Positions 22,118 through 32,886 of a DNA stretch of 64,000 nucleotides are shown piece after piece. Source of the stretch: Erysipelotrichaceae bacterium (GTDB taxonomy: Bacteria > Bacillota_I > Bacilli_A > RFN20 > CAG-826); the NCBI GenBank assembly GCA_015059065.1, contig SVBE01000001.1:14998-78997 (forward strand), read 5' to 3'. Positions within the stretch are counted from its first letter, which is position 1, and every line of letters begins with the position of its first letter. The position numbers and the translations under genes are program-made. The notes under the pieces were generated by a model. It made no database searches, was not told the DNA's origin, and worked only from the letters and a program-made list of their open reading frames with translations.

Positions 22118-22971
22118 TGAATGGTATCATCACTTCATCAATAGCAGGCAAATATAAGATTCTCGCGAACAACGAGGAATACGAATGCACCGCAAAAGGT
22201 GCTTTTCGTAAAAGTGGAATCAAACCTCTTGTCGGTGATGATGTCGTGATTGATGAAAAGCTTTTAGTAATCAATGAGATACTTCCACGCCGCTCTAGCT
22301 TAATTAGACCAAATGTTGCAAATATAGATCATCTCATCATTGTTCATTCTTATCTTGAACCAGCTTTTTCTTTTGGTCTCATCTTTAAATATTTAACGTA
22401 CGCTAATATGAACGGAATTAAATCAAGCGTGGTGATTAGCAAAATCGATAAATGCGAAAATAAGGATGATTTGCAGGGTATTTTAGAAGTATTTCGTTCA
22501 ATTGATGTTCCAGTTTACTTTGTAAATAGCAAGAAGGGCGAAGGTATTGAGGAAGTGAAAAAAATATTCTCGCATCATATCGTGGCCTTGATTGGAACAA
22601 GTGGAGTTGGCAAATCAACATTACTCAATGCGATAAATCCTTTATATAATAGAAAAGAGGGGGATTATTCTTATTCTCTTAAAGGCGGAAAACACCAAAC
22701 TAAGGAAGTAATTCTTCTTCCTTATGAATCTGGTTATTTAGTGGATACTCCTGGGTTTTATGCTCTGCAGCTCAATTTAAAAAAAGAGGAACTCGCGAAG
22801 TTTTATCCAGGAATGTATATCCGCAACCAAGATTGCTATTTCTCTAACTGCCTTCATCTCGGGGAGAAACAGTGTGCAATCAAAGAGGATTTAGCATCTG
22901 GCAAATTACATAAAATTGTCTATGACAGTTACTTACAACAATTAAAAGAAATCGAAGAGGAGAAAAAATAA
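22117..22971 (+). CDS. rsgA: ribosome small-subunit biogenesis GTPase
   Basis: 284 aa. Circularly permuted GTPase (ISKIDK ... GTSGVGKSTLLN ... DTPGF) with a zinc knuckle CYFSNCLHLGEKQC. Confidence 0.9.
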   Translation: MNGIITSSIAGKYKILANNEEYECTAKGAFRKSGIKPLVGDDVVIDEKLLVINEILPRRSSLIRPNVANIDHLIIVHSYLEPAFSFGLIFKYLTYANMNGIKSSVVISKIDKCENKDDLQGILEVFRSIDVPVYFVNSKKGEGIEEVKKIFSHHIVALIGTSGVGKSTLLNAINPLYNRKEGDYSYSLKGGKHQTKEVILLPYESGYLVDTPGFYALQLNLKKEELAKFYPGMYIRNQDCYFSNCLHLGEKQCAIKEDLASGKLHKIVYDSYLQQLKEIEEEKK

Positions 22972-22972
22972 T

Positions 22973-23635
22973 ATGGGAAAAACACTTCTATCAGCATCAC
23001 TTCTATCAGCGGATTTTTCAAACATCGAAAAGGAAGTGAGAAAATGTGAGGAAAACGGAGTTGACTGGATCCATTACGATGTGATGGATGGCCACTTTGT
23101 TGATAATATCACATTTGGTTTTGCTTTCATTGAACAGAGTAAAAAGCATCATAATCTTTTATGCGATGTTCATATCATGATTGATAACCCCTTTTTATAC
23201 GCTCGTAGATTCTGTCGTTTAGGCGCTGATAGTCTCACTTTCCATTACGAGGCTTGCAAAAGCGATAAGCAGGTCTTCCAAATCATTGATGACATCCATC
23301 AATGTGGCAGTAAAGCAGGGCTATCAATCAATCCAAAAACTCCTGTTGAAGTCGTCTATCCATTTTTAAACTCTCTTGATTTAGTTCTCATCATGTCGGT
23401 TGAACCAGGTTATGGAGGACAACCTTTTGATGATTCAGCATTAGAAAAAGTCGTGGCTTTAAAGAAATATATGGAAAAGCACGAAATTAAGAATACTCTT
23501 ATCTCCATCGATGGTGGAATTAACGGTAAGACCGCGCCTCTTGCTAAACAAGCGGGATGTGATGTCTTAGTGTCTGGCAGTTATTTATTTAAAGCCGAAG
23601 ATTTTAAAATGACAGTGGAGCAACTTAAAAAATAA
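22973..23635 (+). CDS. rpe: ribulose-phosphate 3-epimerase
   Basis: 220 aa. SLLSADF, HYDVMDGHFV, MSVEPGYGGQ, IDGGIN. Confidence 0.93.
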   Translation: MGKTLLSASLLSADFSNIEKEVRKCEENGVDWIHYDVMDGHFVDNITFGFAFIEQSKKHHNLLCDVHIMIDNPFLYARRFCRLGADSLTFHYEACKSDKQVFQIIDDIHQCGSKAGLSINPKTPVEVVYPFLNSLDLVLIMSVEPGYGGQPFDDSALEKVVALKKYMEKHEIKNTLISIDGGINGKTAPLAKQAGCDVLVSGSYLFKAEDFKMTVEQLKK

Positions 23636-24291
23636 TGCCTATTACTCAGCTTAGCGTTTTAATCATCGCAGTTTTTCTCTTTGTATGTTTCCTTCTTGCT
23701 TCGATATTTAATTACAAAGCAAGGTTTAAAAAGAGTTATCATTTTCGCAGTCACTTTCCTTATGAATTAAATTATCATGGGAAATTTAAAGACAATATTT
23801 ATGGCAACTTGATTTACATTCTATATTTTATTGCGATAGTGGTTTTCTTCGTTTTCTTTAAAGATGTATCGTTTAATGGATATTTGATATTTGCTTTAGT
23901 CGCAGGTGGATTAACGCTTATATCTTTAACAGCTTTAATTTATATACCGATTGACCAATTGAGGCTGCATATGATCGATGTCGCATTTTCTTTTGTTTTC
24001 TCGATCGGTTTTTCTTTCGCGATTGTTCTTTCGAGTTTTAATAAATTTAAAGAAACGAGCAGTATTCCTTCCTTGGTCTCTCTCATCATTTCGATTGTCG
24101 TGACTTTAATCTTTGTCATCTTGATTCTCAATCCTCGCTTATCGAGGTGGGCGGAGATGGATGTTGAGAAAAAAGAGGATGGAACCCTGGTGAATGTGAG
24201 ACCGAAATGGTTCCCTCTCGCCTATAGTGAATGGGCGATGATGTTCCTCTATTTATTGTCGCTGACTTCCTTCTTAGTGGGAACGATATAA
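23635..24291 (+). CDS. polytopic membrane protein, unknown function
   Basis: 218 aa with about 6 hydrophobic segments. TAATG overlap with rpe. Confidence 0.55.
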   Translation: MPITQLSVLIIAVFLFVCFLLASIFNYKARFKKSYHFRSHFPYELNYHGKFKDNIYGNLIYILYFIAIVVFFVFFKDVSFNGYLIFALVAGGLTLISLTALIYIPIDQLRLHMIDVAFSFVFSIGFSFAIVLSSFNKFKETSSIPSLVSLIISIVVTLIFVILILNPRLSRWAEMDVEKKEDGTLVNVRPKWFPLAYSEWAMMFLYLLSLTSFLVGTI

Positions 24292-24322
24292 AAAAACAAC
24301 CCAAGGGTTGTATTTTTATTTT
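24291..24322. terminator. bidirectional intrinsic terminator between convergent units
   Basis: AAAAAA-CAACC-CAAG-GGTTG-TATTTTTATTTTT. A-run on the left and T-run on the right, located between the membrane-protein stop and the rpmB stop. Confidence 0.6.
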
Positions 24323-24335
24323 TGAATGTTTTTAC

Positions 24336-24518
24336 TTATTTACTAGCACTTGTTTTATTAAGGGTGCGGTAAGCGCGGGTTGACATTCTCACGCGTTGTC
24401 CGTCAATAGTATAAGTTTGGAGATTGACGTTCCATTTACGACGTGTAGCTCTAACAGAATGTGAACGATTGTTTCCGCTTACAGGACCTTTACCAGTAAA
24501 TGGACATTTTCTAGCCAT
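24336..24518 (-). CDS. rpmB: 50S ribosomal protein L28
   Basis: 60 aa. [21 protein letters not shown]... Confidence 0.93.
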   Translation of the reverse strand: MARKCPFTGKGPVSGNNRSHSVRATRRKWNVNLQTYTIDGQRVRMSTRAYRTLNKTSASK

Positions 24519-24584
24519 CTTTCTTCCTCCTTAATTAAGCCTAAATTAACTTATCACAAAGTAAGGTTATGTGCAATAAATTTA

Positions 24585-25382
24585 TTATTTATGTTGCGCA
24601 TTATATGCTTCCATGAGGTTGGTGAGAAGGGTTAATCTCGTCAATAATCCAACTCCTCCTGGAACCGGTGTTTGTAATTTGACAGGTAAATCTCTTTCTG
24701 CATCGCCGTGTAATTTGCCTTCGATTCTATTGATGCCAACATCGACGATGACAGCATCAGGTTTATAGTTATATGAATGGTCTAAGAATCCTGCTTTGCC
24801 TATGGCAATGACGATGATATCAGCGTGTTCAATGTAGAACTTCATATCTTCTTTAGTGGTTTTTGAATGGACAGTAGTGACGTTGCAGTTTTCCGCGAGG
24901 AGAAGTCTCGCCATTGGCTTACCAACGATATTGCTTCTACCGATGACAAGAGCGTTTTTGCCAGAGAGCGCGACGTTTTCATTCTTTAAATAATTGATGA
25001 TGCCTTTTGGAGTGCATGGATCAAGTTTTGTGAGTGGGTGGAATCCATCGATATCTTTCTTTGGGTCAACTGCGAGCTTGACCGCTTCTTCATCGATTTG
25101 ACGTGGAAGGGGCATTTGGACGATTAAGCCATCGATGTTACTATCATTATTGATTTCATCAATTTTCTTGAGTAAATCCTCTTGACTAACTGTCACTGGT
25201 AATTTGACGAGGTCACAGATGATGCCGACTTCAGTGGCGTCTTTAATCTTTCCTCTAACGTAGGCGTTAGAAGCTTCATCTTCATTGACTTGAATGATGA
25301 CGAAGTGTGGCTTTGGATTTAAAGAAGCGATTTCCGCCTTTAAAGATTCTTTTTTGTAATTAACGTATTCTTTTATAATCAT
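24585..25382 (-). CDS. folD: bifunctional methylenetetrahydrofolate dehydrogenase/cyclohydrolase
   Basis: 265 aa. ASNAYVRGK, LIVQMPLP, DGFHP, VIGRSNIVGKP, GGVGLLT. Confidence 0.9.
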   Translation of the reverse strand: MIIKEYVNYKKESLKAEIASLNPKPHFVIIQVNEDEASNAYVRGKIKDATEVGIICDLVKLPVTVSQEDLLKKIDEINNDSNIDGLIVQMPLPRQIDEEAVKLAVDPKKDIDGFHPLTKLDPCTPKGIINYLKNENVALSGKNALVIGRSNIVGKPMARLLLAENCNVTTVHSKTTKEDMKFYIEHADIIVIAIGKAGFLDHSYNYKPDAVIVDVGINRIEGKLHGDAERDLPVKLQTPVPGGVGLLTRLTLLTNLMEAYNAQHK

Positions 25383-25857
25383 AATCGATATGTGGAATCC
25401 TTTCTCCGTATTGTCTATATTTGATGCCAGCGAGGTCGAACATTTTCATCGATGCTTGAACCCCAATGGTGTCTTTGTATTTGTTATCGGCATAAACGAT
25501 TTCACTGATGCCGGTTTGTATGACAGCTTTAGCACATTCATTGCAAGGGAATAAAGTGACATAAAGGGTACAACCTTGTAGTGATACGCGGTCTTTGGTA
25601 TTTAAAATTGCGTTGAATTCAGCATGGCAGACGTAAAGGTATTTGCTATCTAACCCTTCACCTTTGTTCCATGTGAGTTGATCATCAGGAATGCCTGTTG
25701 GCATACCGTTATATCCAATTGAGACAACTTTGTGATTTTTATCAGCGATACACGCGCCGACTTTTGTGTTGGGGTCTTTGCTTCTAAGAGCGGATAAATG
25801 GGCGAGGCCCATGAAGTATTCATCCCATGAAATATTTGCTTTATTCATTTGTTGCAC
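25360..25857 (-). CDS. comEB: dCMP deaminase (ComEB-type)
   Basis: 165 aa. CHAEFNAI and PCNECAK zinc motifs. Confidence 0.88.
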   Translation of the reverse strand: MQQMNKANISWDEYFMGLAHLSALRSKDPNTKVGACIADKNHKVVSIGYNGMPTGIPDDQLTWNKGEGLDSKYLYVCHAEFNAILNTKDRVSLQGCTLYVTLFPCNECAKAVIQTGISEIVYADNKYKDTIGVQASMKMFDLAGIKYRQYGERIPHIDYDYKRIR

Positions 25858-25907
25858 CTCTTTCTATATTTTATATAAAAAGAATGTCGCATTAAAAGAA
25901 ATTATTA

Positions 25908-25915
25908 TGTATAAT
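25908..25915 (+). promoter_or_regulatory. candidate extended -10 (TGTATAAT) for the glgCDA operon
   Basis: TGTATAAT lies 52 nt upstream of the glgC ATG in the divergent intergenic region. The -35 is poor. Confidence 0.35.
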
Positions 25916-25966
25916 TTATTTAGCAACTTTTTAGTTCATTAATTAATTAGGAGGAATCTTTACGCT

Positions 25967-27082
25967 ATGGAGAACAAAGTAGTAGCAATGATTCTTGCCG
26001 GAGGAAAAGGAACTAGATTACAGAACTTGACAAAAAAGAATGCAAAACCAGCTGTCTCTTTTGCTGCGAAGTACCGTATTATCGATTTTCCAATTTCCAA
26101 CTGCGCGAATAGTGGCATCAACACGATTGGCATTTTGACTCAATATGAGTCCACCTTCCTTGATAGCTATATCGGCAATGGCGAGAAGTGGGGATTAAAT
26201 GGCGTCCGCTGTTTAATGAGTTCTTTGGCCCCAAGACAAACCGAAGAAGGTGCTGCATGGTATAGTGGCACTGCTGATGCGATTGCCCAAAACATTTATT
26301 GGCTAGACCAGCAAAAACCAGATTATGTCGTCATTCTTTCTGGCGACCACATTTATCGCACAACTTATAACGAAATGATTTCGCTTCATATCAACAATAA
26401 AGCGGATTGCACAATTTCTGTTATTGAAGTCGATAAGAAGGAAGCTTCTCGTTTTGGTATTATGACCACTGATGCAAAAGGTAACATTACCAAATTCGAA
26501 GAGAAACCAAAGAACCCAACTAGCACATTAGCAAGTATGGGTGTCTATTGCTTTACTTGGTCTACTTTAAGAGATTACCTTGTGAAGGATATGAAGAATC
26601 CAAATTCATCACATGACTTTGGTAACGATATCATCCCACAGATGCTTAAAAACAAGAAAAAGCTTATGGCTTATCAATTCCAAGGCTATTGGAGAGATGT
26701 TGGTACATTAGCTTCTTTACATGCGGCAAATATGGACGTTGCACTCAATAGAGAGAATATCAATCTATTCGAGAACAATATGAAAACAAGAATTTATACT
26801 GAAGATACATATAGTATGCCTCAGTACGTTGGTAGTGGTGCGTTGATTACTAATTCTGTCGTCAACCAAGGCGCAATTGTCTTAGGAGATTGTGATGCTT
26901 GTGTCATCTCCAACGAAGTACTGATTGAAAAAGGCGCAAAGGTCGATCACGCTGTCGTGATGGCTGGTGCGATTATTAAGAAAGGCGCGGTTGTGCATAA
27001 TGCAATTGTTGGACCTGGTGCGGTTATTGAAGAAAAAGCCAAGGTCAATACTGATAGCAACGCGATTGTTTTGGTGAGCTAA
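25967..27082 (+). CDS. glgC: glucose-1-phosphate adenylyltransferase
   Basis: 371 aa. MILAGGKGTRL, FAAKYRIIDFPISNC, LSGDHIY, YWRDVGT. Confidence 0.93.
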   Translation: MENKVVAMILAGGKGTRLQNLTKKNAKPAVSFAAKYRIIDFPISNCANSGINTIGILTQYESTFLDSYIGNGEKWGLNGVRCLMSSLAPRQTEEGAAWYSGTADAIAQNIYWLDQQKPDYVVILSGDHIYRTTYNEMISLHINNKADCTISVIEVDKKEASRFGIMTTDAKGNITKFEEKPKNPTSTLASMGVYCFTWSTLRDYLVKDMKNPNSSHDFGNDIIPQMLKNKKKLMAYQFQGYWRDVGTLASLHAANMDVALNRENINLFENNMKTRIYTEDTYSMPQYVGSGALITNSVVNQGAIVLGDCDACVISNEVLIEKGAKVDHAVVMAGAIIKKGAVVHNAIVGPGAVIEEKAKVNTDSNAIVLVS

Positions 27083-27083
27083 T

Positions 27084-28199
27084 ATGAAAACAGCAATTGG
27101 ATTTTTAAATTTACACGGCAATCCATCCCTTGGAAAATTAACCGAAGGTAGAACTTTTGGTACTGTGACTTTCCTCGGTAGATATGCCCTTATGGACTTC
27201 GCATTATCAAACTTCTGTAATTCAGATATCAACAAGACTGAAATCTTAGTTGAAGGCTATTATGACTCGGTTCGTAGCCATATCTCAAATGGTAACATTT
27301 GGGTTACTAACACAAAAACTGGTTTTATTAGACCAGTATTAAATGAAAAGGAATTGCATTCATATAACAACACTGATATCGCTAACATCATGGAAAATAT
27401 TCCAGCTGATGCAATCAGTGAAGATTATGTCGTCGTTGCTTCCCCACAATTCTTGATGTCAATCGATTACCGTGATGTTTTAAGACAACATGGCGATACT
27501 GGCGCAGGTATTACTGTTGTTTATACAAAAACTAAAGAGAAAGACCGTTTCCAAGGATGCGATAATCTCACTATTGATAAAGATGGTTTTGTCCGTCGCT
27601 TCAATAAAGCTGGTGATAGTGAAGATGAAGAATTATGCGTACCAGTGGAATCCTATGTCTTCTCTAAAGATGTCTTTATCGGCTTATTAAGATTCTCAAG
27701 AGAGATTTCTAATACCAAAACCACGATTAGAAAAATGGTCGAATTATACGCTAATAACCATATGACTTCCGTTAAGGGTTATGAATTCAAAGGTATGGTC
27801 GTGCCAATCCTCTCCTTAAATCAATACGTTGATGAATCATTTAAATTATTGGCCAATAAGAATCGTAAGCAATTATTCAATCCTGAATGGCCAATTTATA
27901 CTACAACACACAACACTCCACCAACTAGATATGGTGATAACGCAGTTGTTAATAACTGCTTTGTTGCCAATGGCTCTTATATCAAAGGTACAGTGAAGAA
28001 CTGCATCATTTCTCGTGATGTAGTGATCGATGAAGGAGCAGTTGTGGAGAACTGTATCTTATTCACTAATACTTATATTGGTCAAAGAGTTACATTAAAA
28101 CATACAGTTACAGATAAGAATGTTGTGATTAATGATGTTAAGAAGTTATCCGGTGATGAAGAGGATTACTTGCTTATTTCTAAGGGAGCTAAGATCTAA
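27084..28199 (+). CDS. glgD: glucose-1-phosphate adenylyltransferase regulatory subunit
   Basis: 371 aa. A GlgC paralog lacking the GGxGxRL motif (FLGRYALMDFALSNF), placed immediately after glgC as in Firmicutes. Confidence 0.85.
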   Translation: MKTAIGFLNLHGNPSLGKLTEGRTFGTVTFLGRYALMDFALSNFCNSDINKTEILVEGYYDSVRSHISNGNIWVTNTKTGFIRPVLNEKELHSYNNTDIANIMENIPADAISEDYVVVASPQFLMSIDYRDVLRQHGDTGAGITVVYTKTKEKDRFQGCDNLTIDKDGFVRRFNKAGDSEDEELCVPVESYVFSKDVFIGLLRFSREISNTKTTIRKMVELYANNHMTSVKGYEFKGMVVPILSLNQYVDESFKLLANKNRKQLFNPEWPIYTTTHNTPPTRYGDNAVVNNCFVANGSYIKGTVKNCIISRDVVIDEGAVVENCILFTNTYIGQRVTLKHTVTDKNVVINDVKKLSGDEEDYLLISKGAKI

Positions 28200-29626
28200 T
28201 GAAGATCACATTTATTGCTAGTGAAGCAAATCCATTTATTAAAACAGGTGGATTAGCAGATGTCGTCTATTCTCTAAGTGAGCAATATGTTATCGACAAG
28301 CACGAAGTCAATATCATCATCCCGTTTTATTCCAAGATTAAGAATTCAATCTTTATCAATCTCGAATACCTTGGTTCCTTCAGAATGATGCTTTCATGGA
28401 AAGAAGTTGAAGTGAAGCTTTGTGTCGGAAAATACCACGGAATTACTTACTATTTTGTGGAAAATGATCAATATTTTAGTCGTTCACAGATTTATGGTGA
28501 AGGCGATGATGGTGAGAGATTTGCTTTCTTCACAATGGCGTGTATTGAAGTTATTAAACGCTACAACATCAAATCTGACATCATCCATTTACACGACTGG
28601 CAAGTTGGTATGTTCCCATGTGTTGTCAAAGAGAACAACGACCCATATTTTGCCAAAACAAAGTTCGTTTATACAATTCATAACCCTGCTTTCCAAGGCA
28701 TTTATAGTTCGGACTTCATCCTTTCATTCTATGGAGTACCACGTGAATGTTACACAAACGGTAACATCGAAATGTTTGGACAGTGCTCTACTTTAAAAGC
28801 AGGTATAGTTTATTCCGATAAAGTGACTACTGTTTCTCCAACTCATCGTGAAGAACTTCTTACTAGAGAAGGCAGTATGAATCTCGATTTCGTATTAAAG
28901 CTTCGTGAAAAAGATTTCGTCGGTATTTTAAACGGTATTGATAATCAAGAGTTTTCACCTGAACATGACAAGAAGATTGCTGCAACCTACAATTCTAAAA
29001 ACTTCTATGAGAGGAAACTCATCGATAAAGAAGCCCTTCTCGCGAAATTTGGTTTAAAGAATTTAGGCCTTCCAGTCTTTGGATTAGTCTCTCGTTTAAC
29101 TTGGCAAAAAGGCATTGATCATATCTATCCTTTGGTTAGAACATTAGCCCCTCGTGGATGCGTTTTCGTCTTCCTCGGAAGCGGTGAATACGGACACGAA
29201 CAGGGCTTTGAACAACTCCATCGTGAATTCCCTGATAAAGTTGGAATCTATATTGGATATAATGATGAGATTGCTCACTTAATTTATGCGGGTAGTGACT
29301 TCTTCCTAATGCCATCGTTATTTGAACCATGTGGACTTAGCCAGATGATTTCTGAAGCCTATGGTACTCTTCCAATCGTTCGTCTCACTGGTGGACTTAG
29401 AGATTCGGTTGTTTGTTATGATGGTAATAACCTCGATGTCGCAAACGGATTCGGCTTTGCAGACAATAATTCCGATGAACTCATCAAAGTGTGCAACTGG
29501 GCATTCGATAATTATTGGAATTTACCAGTAAGAAAGAAACTCATCAAAAACGCGATGGAAACCGATAATTCTTGGAAAAAGAGTGCGGATAAGTACATCG
29601 AAGTGTATAAGAGTATCAAGAAATAA
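28199..29626 (+). CDS. glgA: glycogen synthase (ADP-glucose type)
   Basis: 475 aa. SEANPFIKTGGLADV, HDWQ, SRLTWQKG, PSLFEPCGLSQM. Confidence 0.93.
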   Translation: MKITFIASEANPFIKTGGLADVVYSLSEQYVIDKHEVNIIIPFYSKIKNSIFINLEYLGSFRMMLSWKEVEVKLCVGKYHGITYYFVENDQYFSRSQIYGEGDDGERFAFFTMACIEVIKRYNIKSDIIHLHDWQVGMFPCVVKENNDPYFAKTKFVYTIHNPAFQGIYSSDFILSFYGVPRECYTNGNIEMFGQCSTLKAGIVYSDKVTTVSPTHREELLTREGSMNLDFVLKLREKDFVGILNGIDNQEFSPEHDKKIAATYNSKNFYERKLIDKEALLAKFGLKNLGLPVFGLVSRLTWQKGIDHIYPLVRTLAPRGCVFVFLGSGEYGHEQGFEQLHREFPDKVGIYIGYNDEIAHLIYAGSDFFLMPSLFEPCGLSQMISEAYGTLPIVRLTGGLRDSVVCYDGNNLDVANGFGFADNNSDELIKVCNWAFDNYWNLPVRKKLIKNAMETDNSWKKSADKYIEVYKSIKK

Positions 29627-29637
29627 CCACAAGTCAT

Positions 29638-29653
29638 TTTGTATTAATACAAA
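29638..29653. promoter_or_regulatory. 16-bp perfect palindrome TTTGTATTAATACAAA
   Basis: Perfect dyad 12 nt after the glgA stop and upstream of leuS. Too AT-rich and loop-less to act as a terminator, so it is operator-like. Confidence 0.3.
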
Positions 29654-29671
29654 CTTAAACTTGATTAATTA

Positions 29672-29710
29672 CCTCAATTAGATAGAATAATTCTAATTGG
29701 GGTTTTATTT
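29672..29710 (+). terminator. hairpin plus U-tract after glgA that contains the leuS SD
   Basis: CCTCAATTAGA-(9 nt)-TCTAATTGGGG gives 11 bp including one G-U, followed by TTTTATTT and then the leuS ATG. A candidate promoter TTGATT(29661)-16-TAGAAT(29683) overlaps the left arm. Confidence 0.4.
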
Positions 29711-32104
29711 ATGGGATACGATTTTACTAACATTGAAAAGAAATGGCAAAAATATTGGAAAGAAAACCAAACGTTCAAGACTGATGTCTACGATTTTTCT
29801 AAACCTAAATTTTACGCCCTTGACATGTTTCCATATCCAAGTGGGGTCGGTCTTCATGTTGGTCACCCAGAAGGATATACGGCAACCGATATCGTTTCCC
29901 GTATGAAAAGAATGCAAGGATATAATGTTCTTCACCCAATGGGATACGATTCTTTTGGACTCCCTGCGGAACAATATGCGATTCAAACAGGTAATAATCC
30001 TGCCATATTTACTAAAGAAAATATCAAGTATTTTCAAAGTCAACTCGATGAACTTGGTTTTGATTATGACTGGGATAAAGTGATTGCGACAAGTGATCCT
30101 GAGTTTTATAAATGGACCCAATGGATTTTTAAAAACCTCTATCTTGATGGATACGCTAAATACATGGAGATGCCAGTTAACTGGTGTGAAGAATTAGGCA
30201 CTGTCTTATCAAACGATGAAGTTATCGATGGTAAGAGTGAAAGAGGTGGATATCCGGTTGTTCGTAAATATTTGAAACAATGGGTTATTGACCAAGTGCA
30301 GTTCGCAGAAGAATTGCTTTCAGGCTTAGATAAGATTGATTGGCCAGAATCCACAAAGGAGATTCAAAGAAACTGGATTGGAAAAAGCATCGGTGCTTCC
30401 ATCGATTTCCAAATCAAAGGGCAAAATAAAACATTAACTGTTTTTACCACTAGATGTGACACTTTGTTTGGAGCGACATACTGCGTCCTTTCTCCCGAAC
30501 ATGAATTAGTGAAAGAGATCACAAGTGACAAACAAAGAGTTGAAGTTGATGAATATGTGAAAATGGCGGCTCGTAAGAGTGAACTTGAAAGAACTTCGAA
30601 TAAAGAGAAAACTGGTGTTTTCACTGGGGCATATGCGATTAATCCAGTCAACAATAAAGAAATGCCTATCTACATTAGCGATTATGTTTTATCCAGTTAT
30701 GGCACAGGGGCGATTATGGCTGTACCTGCCCATGATTCACGCGATTATGCGTTCGCGAAAAAATTTGGTTTAGACATCATTCAAGTTTTAGACGGTGGAG
30801 ATATTTCTAAGGAAGCTTATGAAGGTGATGGTCTTCATATCAATTCCGGATTCCTCAATGGTTTAAATAAGCAAGACGCGATTAACGCAATGATTGCTTT
30901 CCTTATGGAAAAAGGAATTGGAAAACAAAAAATTAATTATAAATTTAGAGAATGGGTATTCGCGAGACAACGTTATTGGGGAGAACCAGTCCCTGTTGTT
31001 CATATGGACGACGGTTCAATTCATGTTTTAGACGATAGTGAATTGCCTCTTGTCCTTCCAGTTTTAGATGACTACAAATCAAGAAACGGGAAAGCTCCTT
31101 TAGAGAATGCAGAGCAGTGGAAAGAATACACTTATCAAGGAAAGCATGGTGTGAGAGAAACTTCCACAATGCCAGGCAGTGCTGGTAGCTCTTGGTATTT
31201 CCTCAGATATATCGATCCACATAACGACAAAATTTTCTGTGATAAGAAATTAGCGGATCACTGGCTACCAGTCGACTTATACATCGGTGGACCAGAACAT
31301 GCGGTTGGCCATCTCATCTATTCACGTATTTGGACTAAATACTTACATAAGAAAGGTTACATCTCTACTGATGAGCCTTTCAAAAAACTCGTTCACCAAG
31401 GAATGATACTAGGGGCGAACAACATTAAAATGGGCAAAAGATATCCAGAATTCGTTGTTAATCCTACTGATGTTGTTCATGAACATGGTGCGGATTCATT
31501 ACGCATATACGAAATGTTTATGGGCCCACTTGAGGCGAGCAAACCTTGGAGCGATCAAGGCGTAGAAGGCGCGCATCGATATTTAGATCGCGTTTATCGT
31601 ATTATTGTTGAATCTGATGCAGTGACTGATGAGGCAACTCCAGAACTCGATTTCATCTATAACCAGACTGTGAAGAAAGTGACAGATGATTTTGAATCGC
31701 TTAACTTTAACACTGCGATCAGCCAAATGATGGTTTTTATCAATGAAGTATATCGTATTAATAAAATTAATAGAAAATACGCTGAAGGGTTTGTTAAACT
31801 CATCTATCCAATTGTTCCTCACCTCGGTGAAGAGATGTGGGAAAAACTTGGTCATAACCATACTATTGCGTATGAACCATGGCCTAAATGTGATGAATCC
31901 AAACTCGTTAAGTCGACAGTCAAGATGGCTGTTTCTGTTAACGGAAAATTAAGAGATACCATCGAAGTAGCTCTTGATTTAGATAATGCAGAAGTGGAAC
32001 AAATTGCCCTTCAAAGTGAAGCGATTAAACGTCACACTGAAGGCAAGACGATCAAGAAAATTATCGTCGTGAAGAATAAGATTGTGAATATTGTGGCTAT
32101 TTAA
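29711..32104 (+). CDS. leuS: leucyl-tRNA synthetase
   Basis: 797 aa. [16 protein letters not shown] (HIGH region), KMGKRYP (KMSKS-like), and a class Ia editing domain. Confidence 0.97.
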   Translation: MGYDFTNIEKKWQKYWKENQTFKTDVYDFSKPKFYALDMFPYPSGVGLHVGHPEGYTATDIVSRMKRMQGYNVLHPMGYDSFGLPAEQYAIQTGNNPAIFTKENIKYFQSQLDELGFDYDWDKVIATSDPEFYKWTQWIFKNLYLDGYAKYMEMPVNWCEELGTVLSNDEVIDGKSERGGYPVVRKYLKQWVIDQVQFAEELLSGLDKIDWPESTKEIQRNWIGKSIGASIDFQIKGQNKTLTVFTTRCDTLFGATYCVLSPEHELVKEITSDKQRVEVDEYVKMAARKSELERTSNKEKTGVFTGAYAINPVNNKEMPIYISDYVLSSYGTGAIMAVPAHDSRDYAFAKKFGLDIIQVLDGGDISKEAYEGDGLHINSGFLNGLNKQDAINAMIAFLMEKGIGKQKINYKFREWVFARQRYWGEPVPVVHMDDGSIHVLDDSELPLVLPVLDDYKSRNGKAPLENAEQWKEYTYQGKHGVRETSTMPGSAGSSWYFLRYIDPHNDKIFCDKKLADHWLPVDLYIGGPEHAVGHLIYSRIWTKYLHKKGYISTDEPFKKLVHQGMILGANNIKMGKRYPEFVVNPTDVVHEHGADSLRIYEMFMGPLEASKPWSDQGVEGAHRYLDRVYRIIVESDAVTDEATPELDFIYNQTVKKVTDDFESLNFNTAISQMMVFINEVYRINKINRKYAEGFVKLIYPIVPHLGEEMWEKLGHNHTIAYEPWPKCDESKLVKSTVKMAVSVNGKLRDTIEVALDLDNAEVEQIALQSEAIKRHTEGKTIKKIIVVKNKIVNIVAI

Positions 32105-32105
32105 T

Positions 32106-32876
32106 ATGAAACTTGCAGTGGACGTTGGAAATACGACAATTGCCTTTGGCTTATTTAATGATTCTCTCGTTGAAAAGATTATTGTTTCAACAGATATCAA
32201 TAAAGCCCAGGATGATTTTTTCCTTCTTCTTTCTCCTTTATTAAAAGAGAAAAACATCGATCGCAAAGAGGTTAATAAAATAATCTATTGTTCGGTTGTT
32301 CCTCAAGTTGATGAAGCTCTTAGAGGGGCAATCAAAGAACTATTTATTAATGCAGAAGTTATCGTTACTAACCCTCAATTAAAAACCGATTTTGTTATCA
32401 ATGTTCAAAACAAAGAAGAAATCGGTGGGGATTTGCTTGCAGGACTTGAAGGAGCTTATAAATTATATGGCTACCCAACCTTGATTGCTGATCTTGGAAC
32501 TGCTACAAAGATTCTCTCCTTAAATGACAAGGGTGAATTTACGACCTGTTTGATCATTCCTGGAATGGATATTTCTGCTTCCCTTTTATCAAATAAAGCC
32601 GCTCTGTTACCTTCTGTTGGATTAGATGACGTAAAACCGATTAATAAATGCAATAACACCATTGATGCAATGAAGGGTGGAATTGTGTATGGCCATCTTG
32701 AAATGGTCGACGGTTTGTTTAATAGATATGAAAAAGCACTTGGCTATAAGTGCAAACATGTGATTACTGGTGGGGCAACTCACAATATTGAACAATTTTT
32801 AAAAGACGATTATGTAGTTAATTATGATCTAGTGCTGTATGGACTAATTGAACTATTGAATATCAATGCAAAATGA
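32106..32876 (+). CDS. coaX: type III pantothenate kinase
   Basis: MKLAVDVGNTTIAFG, ADLGTATK, GGATH. ATG 32106 follows the leuS stop at 32102-32104. Confidence 0.88.
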   Translation: MKLAVDVGNTTIAFGLFNDSLVEKIIVSTDINKAQDDFFLLLSPLLKEKNIDRKEVNKIIYCSVVPQVDEALRGAIKELFINAEVIVTNPQLKTDFVINVQNKEEIGGDLLAGLEGAYKLYGYPTLIADLGTATKILSLNDKGEFTTCLIIPGMDISASLLSNKAALLPSVGLDDVKPINKCNNTIDAMKGGIVYGHLEMVDGLFNRYEKALGYKCKHVITGGATHNIEQFLKDDYVVNYDLVLYGLIELLNINAK

Positions 32877-32886
32877 GGAGATTTTT

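Noticed and set aside
26882-27235. 117-aa minus-strand ORF spanning the glgC/glgD junction
   Set aside because: It is antisense to two well-supported genes and has no start context.
29705-30121. 138-aa ORF on the minus strand at the 5' end of leuS
   Set aside because: It is entirely antisense to the strongly supported leuS reading frame, has no SD and has an odd composition. This is a shadow ORF.
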